DNA from: Alphaproteobacteria bacterium
Lineage (GTDB): Bacteria; Pseudomonadota; Alphaproteobacteria; UBA828
Assembly: GCA_965220745.1 (NCBI GenBank)
Contig: CBDCQT010000013.1
Span: 576,001-640,000 of the forward strand
DNA length: 64,000 nt
Reading direction: 5' to 3'
The position numbers and the translations under genes are program-made. The notes under the pieces were generated by a model. That model saw nothing but the letters and a program-made list of their open reading frames with translations, searched no databases and was not told the DNA's origin. Of this stretch, positions 50,088 through 59,079 are shown one piece after another. How positions within the stretch are numbered: the stretch's first letter is position 1; each line of letters opens with the position of its first letter.

Positions 50088-51035
50088 ATGACTGTTCCTT
50101 CAACGCTCGATACCGTCGCCGTCGTGGGCAACGGCCTCGTCGGCCACGGCATGGCCCAGATTTTCGCGGCTGCGGGCTACCGGGTCGTCATGATCGGCCG
50201 GCGCGAGGGGAGCCTCGCCGCGGCAATGGACCGGATTGCGAAGAGCCTCGCCGCCTTCGAAGCACACGAGCTCGTCACGTCCGGCGAAAACAGCGCCGCT
50301 CTCCGACGCATCCGGACCTCGACCGATCTCGAGAACGCGGCGGAGGCGCAGCTCGTCCTCGAGGCGGTTCCGGCGGATCGTGCGGTCCAGGACGAGGTGT
50401 ACGGCCGGCTCGACGCGATCTGCGCGCCGCCCGCCGTCTTTGCCTCCGGGAGCGGGCAGCCCGCGAGCGAGCTTGTGTCCAACGTCACGCATCGCGGGCG
50501 CGTGGTCGCCGCCCATTTCTGGTACCCGCCGCAGCTCATTCCGCTGGTCGAGGTCTGCGCCGGGCCGGAGACCGACCCGGACGTGGCGCCGTGGCTTTGC
50601 GACGTGCTGCGGGCGGCCGGGAAGGAGCCGGTGATCGTCGACAAGGAGGTTCCGGGCTTCATCGGCAACCGGCTTCAGTACGCGATCCTGCGCGAGGCCT
50701 GGGCGCTGTGGGCGGAGGGGGCGGCCTCGGCCGAGGCGATCGACACGGTGGTGAAGGCGTCTATCGGGCGGCGTCTCGCGATCACCGGCCCCATCGAGTC
50801 CGCCGACGTAGGCGGCCTCGATACGCTACACGCGTTCGGCGCGTACCTCATCCCGCACCTGAATACGGGCTCCCAGCCCGCCTCTGCGGTGACCGCGCTG
50901 GTTGAGGCGGGGCATCGCGGCCTGCCCTCAGGCCGGGGGGTGTACGACTGGAGCGCGCGCGACGGCGCGGCGTTGCTCAAGGAACGCGAGGAGGAGCTGT
51001 TCCGCCACCTCGCCAGGGACAAAGCCCGGCGCTGA
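50088..51035 (+). CDS. 3-hydroxyacyl-CoA dehydrogenase family protein
   Basis: RBS AAGGAGAGG; VVGNGLVG, HF..P....PLVEV, PGFIGNRLQ, GP.E.AD..GLD. Confidence 0.88.
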   Translation: MTVPSTLDTVAVVGNGLVGHGMAQIFAAAGYRVVMIGRREGSLAAAMDRIAKSLAAFEAHELVTSGENSAALRRIRTSTDLENAAEAQLVLEAVPADRAVQDEVYGRLDAICAPPAVFASGSGQPASELVSNVTHRGRVVAAHFWYPPQLIPLVEVCAGPETDPDVAPWLCDVLRAAGKEPVIVDKEVPGFIGNRLQYAILREAWALWAEGAASAEAIDTVVKASIGRRLAITGPIESADVGGLDTLHAFGAYLIPHLNTGSQPASAVTALVEAGHRGLPSGRGVYDWSARDGAALLKEREEELFRHLARDKARR

Positions 51036-51158
51036 CCACCGCCCGCCATCTCGAATACGCGACATCGGGCGTAGCGATCCCCCTGCCGGTTCAGAGGTAC
51101 GTAGCGCTCCTACCTCTCGAAGAGGCGAACCCGCGCCACTCCGACGCGGCCGAAGGGC

Positions 51159-51953
51159 TCAAGCGACCGTGTCGAAAAAGTCCGCAACCGTGCTGACCAG
51201 CGTGTCACAGCGCGCCTCCGGCAGCATGTGGCCGCCGCCCTCCAGCGCGCAGTGAGCCGCACCGGGGATCAGCGCCGCCAGTTCCGCGCCGAACCAGGGC
51301 GGCATCAACTGGTCATCGGCCGCAGTCACGACCAGGGTGGGGCAGGTCAGGCCCGGTGCCAGCGGGCGGGCGTCGAAAGCCAGGATCGCCTCCAGCCTGC
51401 CCTCGATGCGGTCGGCATCCTGCGGCGCCGCGTTCCTGGCCAGCCTCTCGAATGCCTCTGCGTGCGTGCGACGGTAGTCGGGCGGGAACAGCAGGCTGGC
51501 GTTGAACCAGGCGTAGCGGTACGGGTCGAGCGCCCGCGCGGCGGCCACGCGCAGACGCTGCATCGTCGTCAAATGCGCGTCGCCATGGCTCCACGGATTT
51601 GCCAGCACCAGCCCGGCAACCCGGTCCGGGCAAGCCGCGGCCAGCGACAGGCCGACGCCACAGCCGGTGGAGTGGCAGAACAGGTGCGCTCTGTCGATCT
51701 CCAGCGCGTCGAAAAGCTGCGTAAGCTCTGCCGCGCGGCCCGCCATGGTCATGCGCTGGGGCACGGCCACGGGTGCGCTGCGGCCGGTGCCGCGCTGGTC
51801 GTAGCGGACCACCCGGAAGTGTTCCGCCAGCCTGTCCTGAAACGGACGCACACCCACCGGGCCACCACTCAGCGGCAGCAGCATCGCCAGAACCGCGCCG
51901 CTGCCGCTTTCCTCGTAGTAGATGTCGCCGCCTTCGATCTGCGCCAGGGGCAT
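51159..51953 (-). CDS. Alpha/beta hydrolase (RutD-like)
   Basis: YDQRGTGRS, HSTG, PTLVV...D, GGHM. Confidence 0.8.
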   Translation of the reverse strand: MPLAQIEGGDIYYEESGSGAVLAMLLPLSGGPVGVRPFQDRLAEHFRVVRYDQRGTGRSAPVAVPQRMTMAGRAAELTQLFDALEIDRAHLFCHSTGCGVGLSLAAACPDRVAGLVLANPWSHGDAHLTTMQRLRVAAARALDPYRYAWFNASLLFPPDYRRTHAEAFERLARNAAPQDADRIEGRLEAILAFDARPLAPGLTCPTLVVTAADDQLMPPWFGAELAALIPGAAHCALEGGGHMLPEARCDTLVSTVADFFDTVA

Positions 51954-52041
51954 GTGCAGGGTGTCCGTCTTCCACGACAAGGGGGCAGTCGGTTCTGAGC
52001 ACCCTCGCCCAAGACTTCCGTCGGCGACGGACCACCTGGCC

Positions 52042-52887
52042 CTAAGCGGGCGCGGGCGCTCCGGGGACGGGGAGCGTCGGGACGCGGTTCACATCCTTGT
52101 ACAGCAGGTAACGGAAGAGCCCGGGGCCGCCGGCGTAGCAGGCCTGCGGACAGAAGGCGCGCAGCCACATGTAGTCACCGGCCTCGACCTCCACCCAGTC
52201 CTGGTTGAGTCGGTACACGGCCTTGCCCTCGAGCACGTAGAGCCCATGTTCCATGACATGGGTCTCGGCGAAGGGAATCGATCCTCCCGGCTGGAAGGTC
52301 ACGATGTTCACGTGCATGTCGTGGCGCATGTCGCCCGAGTCCACGAAACGCGTCGTTGCCCAGGCGCCGTCCGTATCCGGCATCGGCACCGGCTCGACCT
52401 CGTGGTCGGACGTCACGAAGCACTCGGGCGCATCGATACCGTCCAGGGGCTGATACGCCTTTCGGATCCAGTGGAAGCAGGCGGGCTCGCGTCCAGCGTT
52501 GGCGACCGTCCAGCGCGTGCCCGCCGCGACGTAGGCATAGCCGCCGGGTGACAGCGTGTGATCTGCATTATCGAGCGTGAGCCGCAATTCACCGGCCATG
52601 ACGAACAGCACACATTCGACGTGGCCGTCCGGCTCGGGCCGCTCGCTGCCGCCGCCCGGCTCGAGCTCGACGATCGACTGGGAAAACGTCGTCGCGAAAC
52701 CCGCGACCGGACGCGACAGCACCCACGCGCGAGCGCCCTGCCAGTGCGGGAAGTAGCTGGTGACGATGTCGCGCAGCACACCGCGCGGAATGACCGTGTA
52801 CGCCTCGGTAATCACGGCGCGGTCGGTCAGCAGCGTCTGCTGCGGCGGAAGGCCCGCCACCGGCGTGAAGTAGCTGCGTGCGCTCAT
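52042..52887 (-). CDS. allE: (S)-ureidoglycine aminohydrolase (bicupin)
   Basis: DIVTS, GFATTFSQ, DMHVNIVTF.PG, ETHVMEHG, WLRAFCPQAC, YLLYKDVNR. Confidence 0.9.
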   Translation of the reverse strand: MSARSYFTPVAGLPPQQTLLTDRAVITEAYTVIPRGVLRDIVTSYFPHWQGARAWVLSRPVAGFATTFSQSIVELEPGGGSERPEPDGHVECVLFVMAGELRLTLDNADHTLSPGGYAYVAAGTRWTVANAGREPACFHWIRKAYQPLDGIDAPECFVTSDHEVEPVPMPDTDGAWATTRFVDSGDMRHDMHVNIVTFQPGGSIPFAETHVMEHGLYVLEGKAVYRLNQDWVEVEAGDYMWLRAFCPQACYAGGPGLFRYLLYKDVNRVPTLPVPGAPAPA

Positions 52888-53016
52888 CGGTCGGCCACTT
52901 CTTGCCGAGTGCTCATCGCGCACGTTCCTCCTGCCAAGTCATCGCACCGTGCATGGCCGTCCGCTCCCCTGCCCAGCCGACATCGCACGGACTCTGGCCT
53001 TGGGTTGGCAGGAAAA

Positions 53017-53093
<77 letters not shown>

Positions 53094-53227
53094 ACCGGCC
53101 CGCACGACGCGGTGTATCGCCGCCGCCGGGCCGCGCGCACTATAGCGCCCGGCTCCGGGCACGGCCAATTCTTCGCATCAGCGCTTGGCGCTGGGGGCAA
53201 GCACTTAGGCCAAGTCCTGGTAGTCGG

Positions 53228-54118
53228 TCACTTTGAAATCGCCCGCTTGCGATAGGTGGCCGGGCGATTCGGCTTGGGCGCCGCCTCGTCCACCAGCCGC
53301 ACGATGTCTTCGATGTCCCACAGCCGATCCGTGACGCCAGCGGCCATCGCGGGGCTGATCCCGTCGAGGCTCTTATGCCGGCGGCAGAAGTTGTAGAACA
53401 TGAAATGCAGCGCGACGCTGTGCACGTGGTTCTCGATCTTCTTTGAGAACGCATTGGTCAGCCGCGTGAAGCGACGCATCGACATCCGCATGGTGAGGTT
53501 GTTCCGCTCGGCGTAGCTGGTCGAGACGTGCGCGGGATCGGGGCTGCCCTCGATCCGCCACTTACGGATGCCGGCGCATTCTGCCGGGCTGTAGCGCTTC
53601 TCTGACGACACGCCGGTTTCTCCATCGTACAGCTTCATCAGCATGGCGTAATCGACATCGCCACCGAATGCGCCCTCTACAGCCTCCAGATGCGCCTTGT
53701 GGCCGTCACTGGTCAGTTGCACTCGGATTGCCAGCCGGCCGCGCAGATCGTCCACGAAGTCGATAGCGGTTGCGCCGGAGCGATCCCCAACCCGCCAAGA
53801 CGGCACCAGCTTGGTCTCAGCGTCGATGGCTGTCCACACCCAAACGTCACCAGCCTCAGTCGGCGCGGCCCTCGCGCGCGCCACGTTTTTGTCCTTCGCA
53901 TAGATGAAGGACCAGGCCTCATCGACTTGGATGCGGCGGCATGGCAGGTCGCGGAGCGCCTGGTCTTGGTACGCCGCGCAAGCCTTGCCGGCATCGACCA
54001 TGAGCTTCATGACCGTGTTCTTGCTCACGCCCGCCGTGCGGGCCGTGGACCGAATGCTCATTCCTTCCACGAGGCAGCAGACGATCAGGGTGCGGGTCTT
54101 GGTGTCGAGCTTGTTCAT
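53228..54118 (-). CDS. IS1-family DDE transposase
   Basis: N-terminal HTH (EGMSIRSTAR..GVSKNTV); DE.W, TSDG, ERNNLTMR..RRFTR.T.AFSK; stop codon lies inside the terminal repeat. Confidence 0.9.
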   Translation of the reverse strand: MNKLDTKTRTLIVCCLVEGMSIRSTARTAGVSKNTVMKLMVDAGKACAAYQDQALRDLPCRRIQVDEAWSFIYAKDKNVARARAAPTEAGDVWVWTAIDAETKLVPSWRVGDRSGATAIDFVDDLRGRLAIRVQLTSDGHKAHLEAVEGAFGGDVDYAMLMKLYDGETGVSSEKRYSPAECAGIRKWRIEGSPDPAHVSTSYAERNNLTMRMSMRRFTRLTNAFSKKIENHVHSVALHFMFYNFCRRHKSLDGISPAMAAGVTDRLWDIEDIVRLVDEAAPKPNRPATYRKRAISK

Positions 54119-54184
54119 GCCGACAATCTAAGGGACCGAGCGAGTCAAGCATTTTTGGTCAGTTTGCATTTTGGCGCAAGTTTG

Positions 54185-54213
54185 TTGACAGACGATGCTC
54201 GGGAAGGTATGAG
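54185..54213 (+). promoter_or_regulatory. Putative sigma70 promoter of the cargo operon
   Basis: TTGACA-N17-TATGAG just upstream of ATG 54223. Confidence 0.55.
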
Positions 54214-54222
54214 AGGCGCACG

Positions 54223-55365
54223 ATGCAGGAACACACAAGACCCGGCGAGTTGATCGAAGAGCTTCTGAATGGCAGAGGTTGGACCAAGCGCAGCTTGGCA
54301 ATCGTTCTCGAAAAGGGCGAGTCGACGGTCAACAAGATCATCTCCGGGAAAAGCACGGTGACCACCGAAGTTGCTTTGGCGCTGGAGGATGTATTCGGCG
54401 TCGATGCGGAGAGATTCCTTGAACTTCAAAGAAAATATGACCTCGCAGTGGCGCGTATTTCCGCAAAACCAGACCGCAGCCGCGCGACGCGCGCGGCGCT
54501 TTTCGGAGACCTGCCAATTTCAGCTATGGTCAAACGCGGATGGCTCGGCACCGCTGACTCAAAGAACCTAACCGAAGTATCGGCAGAACTTGTAAAATTC
54601 TTTGGCGTGTCGTCTTTGGATGAAATTGAAATCCTGCCCCATGCGGCCCGAAAGACCGCTGTTAGCTCGGACCCAACACCTGCCCAACTGGCATGGCTCT
54701 ACCGGGTGAGAGCGATCGCGAGAGAGCAGATTGTCGGAAAGTTCTCGAAACGCGGGCTGGATAAAGCAATCGGCCTCCTTCATACCCTTACCGTAGCCCC
54801 AGAAGAGGCTCGAAAAGTGCCCCGCGTTTTAGCCGAAGCCGGGGTGAGGTTAGTAATTGTTGAGACTCTTCCTGCGGCAAAAATCGACGGTGTTTGCTTC
54901 TGGCTTACGGCCCGCGCTCCCGTAGTTGGGCTTTCGATGCGGCATGATCGCATCGATAATTTTTGGTTTGTGCTGCGACATGAGTTGGAGCACGTTCGCT
55001 TGGGGCACGGGCGCACTGAAATCATGCTGGATACTGAGCTGGAAGGCGAGCGCGCCGGAACTGACTCCGCTATCGCAGAGGAAGAGCGTGCCGCAAATTC
55101 AGCAGCGCAAGATTTCTGTGTCCCTAAACAGGAAATGGACGCCTTCATTGCACGTAAGGCTCCGCTCTTCTCCGAACGAGACCTGCGGGGCTTTGCAAAG
55201 ATCGTCAGAGTGCATCCGGGGATTGTTGCTGGTCAGTTGCAGCATCTGACTGGCCGCTTTGACCGTTTTCGGAATCACCTCGTCAAAGTCCGGTCGCATG
55301 TCGTACCCGGCGCAGCAGTCGATGGGTGGGGTGATGTCTACCCTATCGGCACACAGGAGGACTGA
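54223..55365 (+). CDS. XRE/HigA-like HTH fused to ImmA/IrrE-type Zn metallopeptidase
   Basis: PGELIEELL..RGW....LA N-terminal HTH; KIDG, R.DRIDNFWFVLRHELEH (HExxH), E..AN. Confidence 0.88.
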   Translation: MQEHTRPGELIEELLNGRGWTKRSLAIVLEKGESTVNKIISGKSTVTTEVALALEDVFGVDAERFLELQRKYDLAVARISAKPDRSRATRAALFGDLPISAMVKRGWLGTADSKNLTEVSAELVKFFGVSSLDEIEILPHAARKTAVSSDPTPAQLAWLYRVRAIAREQIVGKFSKRGLDKAIGLLHTLTVAPEEARKVPRVLAEAGVRLVIVETLPAAKIDGVCFWLTARAPVVGLSMRHDRIDNFWFVLRHELEHVRLGHGRTEIMLDTELEGERAGTDSAIAEEERAANSAAQDFCVPKQEMDAFIARKAPLFSERDLRGFAKIVRVHPGIVAGQLQHLTGRFDRFRNHLVKVRSHVVPGAAVDGWGDVYPIGTQED

Positions 55366-55859
55366 TGTCCCGAATTGCTGAAATGCAGAGGTTTATCCGG
55401 TACTGGAAAGACACCACCGGCGAAACCGAGGTTGACATGGTGGAGGTGGCGAGACTCGCCTTGAAGATGGGCTGGAGTGCTCCGCCGGAAATCTCTCGTG
55501 AAGAACGGCTCGCGAAACAGTTCAAGCGCGCTGCGCGCCAAGATATCCGCCACGACAGAAAGACAGGCCGTGCATACCGAGGTTATCATGCGGTACCTAA
55601 GGCAGACGACGGTGGACGGCAGGCAAGCTTCGCGTTCATCGACATTGACGATCCAAGCACCAGGCCCGACCGTTTCCGCAAAGCGTGCGTTCTTCGTCGC
55701 GAGCAAACCGTTGATGATATGACCCAATTGAGACTTGACCAACTTCACTGGAACGATAACCGTCCCGAAGAGCAGCGTGTGGATGTCCTTCCTGCCGACC
55801 TTGAAATGGACGTTGAAATCCGCTTGGCGTCAATGGACGACGAGGACGTTGCGGCCTAG
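55365..55859 (+). CDS. Hypothetical protein (IS cargo), translationally coupled to the HTH-peptidase
   Basis: AGGAGG RBS, TGATG overlap, 164 aa, acidic C-terminus. Confidence 0.8.
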   Translation: MSRIAEMQRFIRYWKDTTGETEVDMVEVARLALKMGWSAPPEISREERLAKQFKRAARQDIRHDRKTGRAYRGYHAVPKADDGGRQASFAFIDIDDPSTRPDRFRKACVLRREQTVDDMTQLRLDQLHWNDNRPEEQRVDVLPADLEMDVEIRLASMDDEDVAA

Positions 55860-56080
55860 TCGTCCTTTCTCCAGCGTGCTTGTGCAGCTATCGAAGCAAT
55901 CCGTGATCGCTTCTCTGGCGTTAGGGCTTCGGCGCGTGCCGGGCCGCCTTTTAGGCCACCCTTGCGTTGGCCCTTAGCCTTTTCCGGCCCTTTCCCTTTG
56001 TCCTCAACCTCGCCCGTCGCCACGTCCACAACGCGCTTGGCGAGCTGGTTGGTGTCGCGTGGGCGCTTGGCTCCACCCAT
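55856..56080 (-). CDS. Small basic IS-associated protein with KGG motif
   Basis: KRPRD.NQLAK.VVD.ATGE...RKGGLKGG.ARA..LTPE.R..IA..AA.ARW; same strand as the transposase. Confidence 0.75.
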   Translation of the reverse strand: MGGAKRPRDTNQLAKRVVDVATGEVEDKGKGPEKAKGQRKGGLKGGPARAEALTPEKRSRIASIAAQARWRKDD

Positions 56081-56195
56081 GCCATGAATTTGGCACGCGT
56101 TCCGCACGCATGCCAGCATGGCGAGGCTCCGACTTCAGACTGACCCACTACCCAAGTCCTTGACTCGGGGCCCTGTCATGGTTTCTAGTTTACTC

Positions 56196-56253
56196 ACGTG
56201 GCGATTTGAGCGACCGGCTTGCGGCCACGTTAAACAAGCGCGCTAAAAGGTCG
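56196..56253 (+). ncRNA. SAM-II (SAM-alpha) riboswitch
   Basis: P1 ACGTGGC/GCCACGT, GATTT, TTGC, GCTAAA, pseudoknot CGACC/GGTCG; upstream of metZ. Confidence 0.85.
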
Positions 56254-56262
56254 AAGGGAGGG

Positions 56263-56289
56263 ACCCCGGCCAGCGCGGCCGGGGTTTTT
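56263..56289 (+). terminator. GC hairpin plus T-run in the metZ leader (intrinsic terminator-like)
   Basis: ACCCCGGCC-AGCGC-GGCCGGGGT-TTTT. Confidence 0.6.
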
Positions 56290-56293
56290 GCAT

Positions 56294-57493
56294 ATGGGGC
56301 GTCGGGAACGTGAGCGGGCCTGGGCACAGGCCACACAACTGGTACGGGGCGGGACCGAGCGCTCGCAACACGGCGAAACCAACGAGGCGCTCTACCTGAC
56401 CTCGGGCTTCGTCTACGAGTCCGCCGCACAGGGCAATGCGCGCACGGCGGACGAAGAGGCCGGCTACGTCTACGGCCGATTCGGCAACCCGACCGTCACC
56501 ATGTTCGAGGACCGCCTCGCGCTGATCGAAGGCGCGGATGCCTGCCAGGCGACCGCCACCGGCATGGCGGCAGTCTTCGCGGCTCTGATGAGCCAGCTTC
56601 GTGCGGGCGACCACGTGGTCGCATCCCGCGTCATGTTCGGCGCCTGCTACGTGGTGATCGATCAGCTGTTGCCGCGCTACGGCATCGAGACCGATCTCGT
56701 GGATGGCACCGATCTCGATGCCTGGGAGCGCGTGCTTAGGCCGGAGACCCGCTGCATCTTTCTCGAAAGCCCCGGCAACCCGACCATGCCGGTCGTCGAC
56801 ATCGCTGCGGTCTCGGCACTCGCGCACGGCGTCGGCGCCCGCGTCGTCGTGGACAACGTGCTCGGCATGCCGACCGTGCAGCGCCCCCTCGCCCTCGGCG
56901 CCGACATCGTCGTCTATTCCACGACCAAGCACATCGACGGCCAGGGCCGCTGCCTGGGCGGCGCCATCCTGGGCGACGAAAAGTTCTTCGCAGACGATCT
57001 TGTGCCCTTCATGCGCACCACGGGGCCTGTCATGAGCCCCTTCAACGCCTGGGTCATGCTCAAGGGTCTGGAGACCCTGGAGCTGCGCACGGCCCGCATG
57101 TGCGAGACGGCGGAGCGGCTCGCGGCGTTTCTCGAAGGCCACCCGGCCGTGGCGGCCGTGCACTATCCGGGTCTCGCGAGCCATCCCCAGCACGCGCTCG
57201 CGGCGCGGCAGATGAGCCGGGGCGGTAGCGTAATCGCGTTCGAGCTCGCAGGCGGATGGGACGCCGCCTTCCGCTTTCTCGATACGCTGGAGCTAATCGA
57301 CATCTCCAACAACCTGGGTGACGCCAAGAGCCTCGCCACCCATCCCGCCAGCACCACGCACCAGAAGATCGGCGCGGACGCCCGGGCAACGCTTGGAATT
57401 AGCGACGGCCTCGTGCGCCTCTCGGTCGGGCTGGAGGCGGAGGAAGACCTGCGCGCCGATCTGGAGCAGGCCCTTGCTGCAGCCGGAGGCTAA
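56294..57493 (+). CDS. metZ: O-succinylhomoserine sulfhydrylase
   Basis: GETNEALYLTSG, Y.RFGNPTV.MFE.RLA, ESP.NP, YSTTKHIDGQGR, SNNLGDAKS; SAM riboswitch upstream. Confidence 0.93.
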   Translation: MGRRERERAWAQATQLVRGGTERSQHGETNEALYLTSGFVYESAAQGNARTADEEAGYVYGRFGNPTVTMFEDRLALIEGADACQATATGMAAVFAALMSQLRAGDHVVASRVMFGACYVVIDQLLPRYGIETDLVDGTDLDAWERVLRPETRCIFLESPGNPTMPVVDIAAVSALAHGVGARVVVDNVLGMPTVQRPLALGADIVVYSTTKHIDGQGRCLGGAILGDEKFFADDLVPFMRTTGPVMSPFNAWVMLKGLETLELRTARMCETAERLAAFLEGHPAVAAVHYPGLASHPQHALAARQMSRGGSVIAFELAGGWDAAFRFLDTLELIDISNNLGDAKSLATHPASTTHQKIGADARATLGISDGLVRLSVGLEAEEDLRADLEQALAAAGG

Positions 57494-57587
57494 GTCGCCC
57501 CCGCACACGATCTCTTATGGCGCAGCGCGCGGTGCGGGTTTAGGCTGCCACATGTCACGATTGCGAGTCTGAACCGCCGCAACGCCC

Positions 57588-58340
57588 ATGAGCTTGCTCG
57601 AAGTTCGCGAACTGTCCCGGCATTTCGGCGGCTTGGCCGCCGTGAACAACCTCACCTTCACCGTGGACGAGGGCGCGATTCACGGGCTGATCGGCCCCAA
57701 CGGTGCCGGCAAGACCACGACCTTCAACGTCATCAGCGGCTACTACAAGCCGACAGCCGGCGACATCGTGTTCGGCGGCCGCAAGATATCCGGGCTGCGC
57801 CCGAGTCGGATCGCGGCACGGGGCGTGGTCCGCACCTTTCAGGCGACTACGCTCTTCCAGGAACTTACAGTTCTGGAGAATGTGCTGATCGGCTGCCACA
57901 TGCAGTCGAAAGTGGGCCCGTTCAGCGCGCTGCTGGGCACTAGTCGTCATGCCGAACGGGAGTCGGAGGCGCGGGCCACAGAGATTCTTGAGTTCATGGG
58001 CCTGGGCGACCGCCGCGACGACGAGACGGTCAACCTGCCGCACGGCAACCAACGGGCCCTCGGCATCGCGGTCGCGCTGGCGGCCGAGCCCAAGCTGATC
58101 CTGCTGGACGAGCCGTTCACCGGCATGAACCCCGAAGAGACGCGGCAGATGATGGTCCTGGTCGAGCGCGTGCGCAGCCAGGGCGTCACCATCCTTCTCG
58201 TGGAGCACGACATGCAGGCGGTCATGGGTCTGTGCGACCAGATCACGGTGCTGAGCTTCGGCGAGCTGCTGGCGGAAGGCACGCCGGATGAAATCCGGTC
58301 TGACCCGGCGGTTATAGAAGCCTATTTGGGAACCGCCTGA
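57588..58340 (+). CDS. livG: Branched-chain amino acid type ABC transporter ATPase (LivG-like)
   Basis: FGGLAAV, GPNGAGKTT, RTFQ, LLDEP, VEHDM, AYLG. Confidence 0.88.
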   Translation: MSLLEVRELSRHFGGLAAVNNLTFTVDEGAIHGLIGPNGAGKTTTFNVISGYYKPTAGDIVFGGRKISGLRPSRIAARGVVRTFQATTLFQELTVLENVLIGCHMQSKVGPFSALLGTSRHAERESEARATEILEFMGLGDRRDDETVNLPHGNQRALGIAVALAAEPKLILLDEPFTGMNPEETRQMMVLVERVRSQGVTILLVEHDMQAVMGLCDQITVLSFGELLAEGTPDEIRSDPAVIEAYLGTA

Positions 58341-59048
<708 letters not shown>

Positions 59049-59079
59049 CGGTCGGGCCTCGTGAAGGCCGGGTGAGCGG

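Larger units (their letters stand above)
53219..56152 (-). mobile_element. IS1-family-type element with passenger genes (2934 bp)
   Basis: TIRs GGTAGTCGGTCACTTTGAAATCG (53219-53241) and the reverse complement of 56130-56152, GGTAGTGGGTCAGTCTGAAGTCG (19/23); 8-bp TSD CAAGTCCT at 53211-53218 and 56153-56160. Confidence 0.92.

Noticed and set aside
49272-51035. 587-aa ORF as a novel fusion protein
   Set aside because: It strings together an alternative frame of the racemase gene, a dipeptidase remnant and the real dehydrogenase starting at 50088
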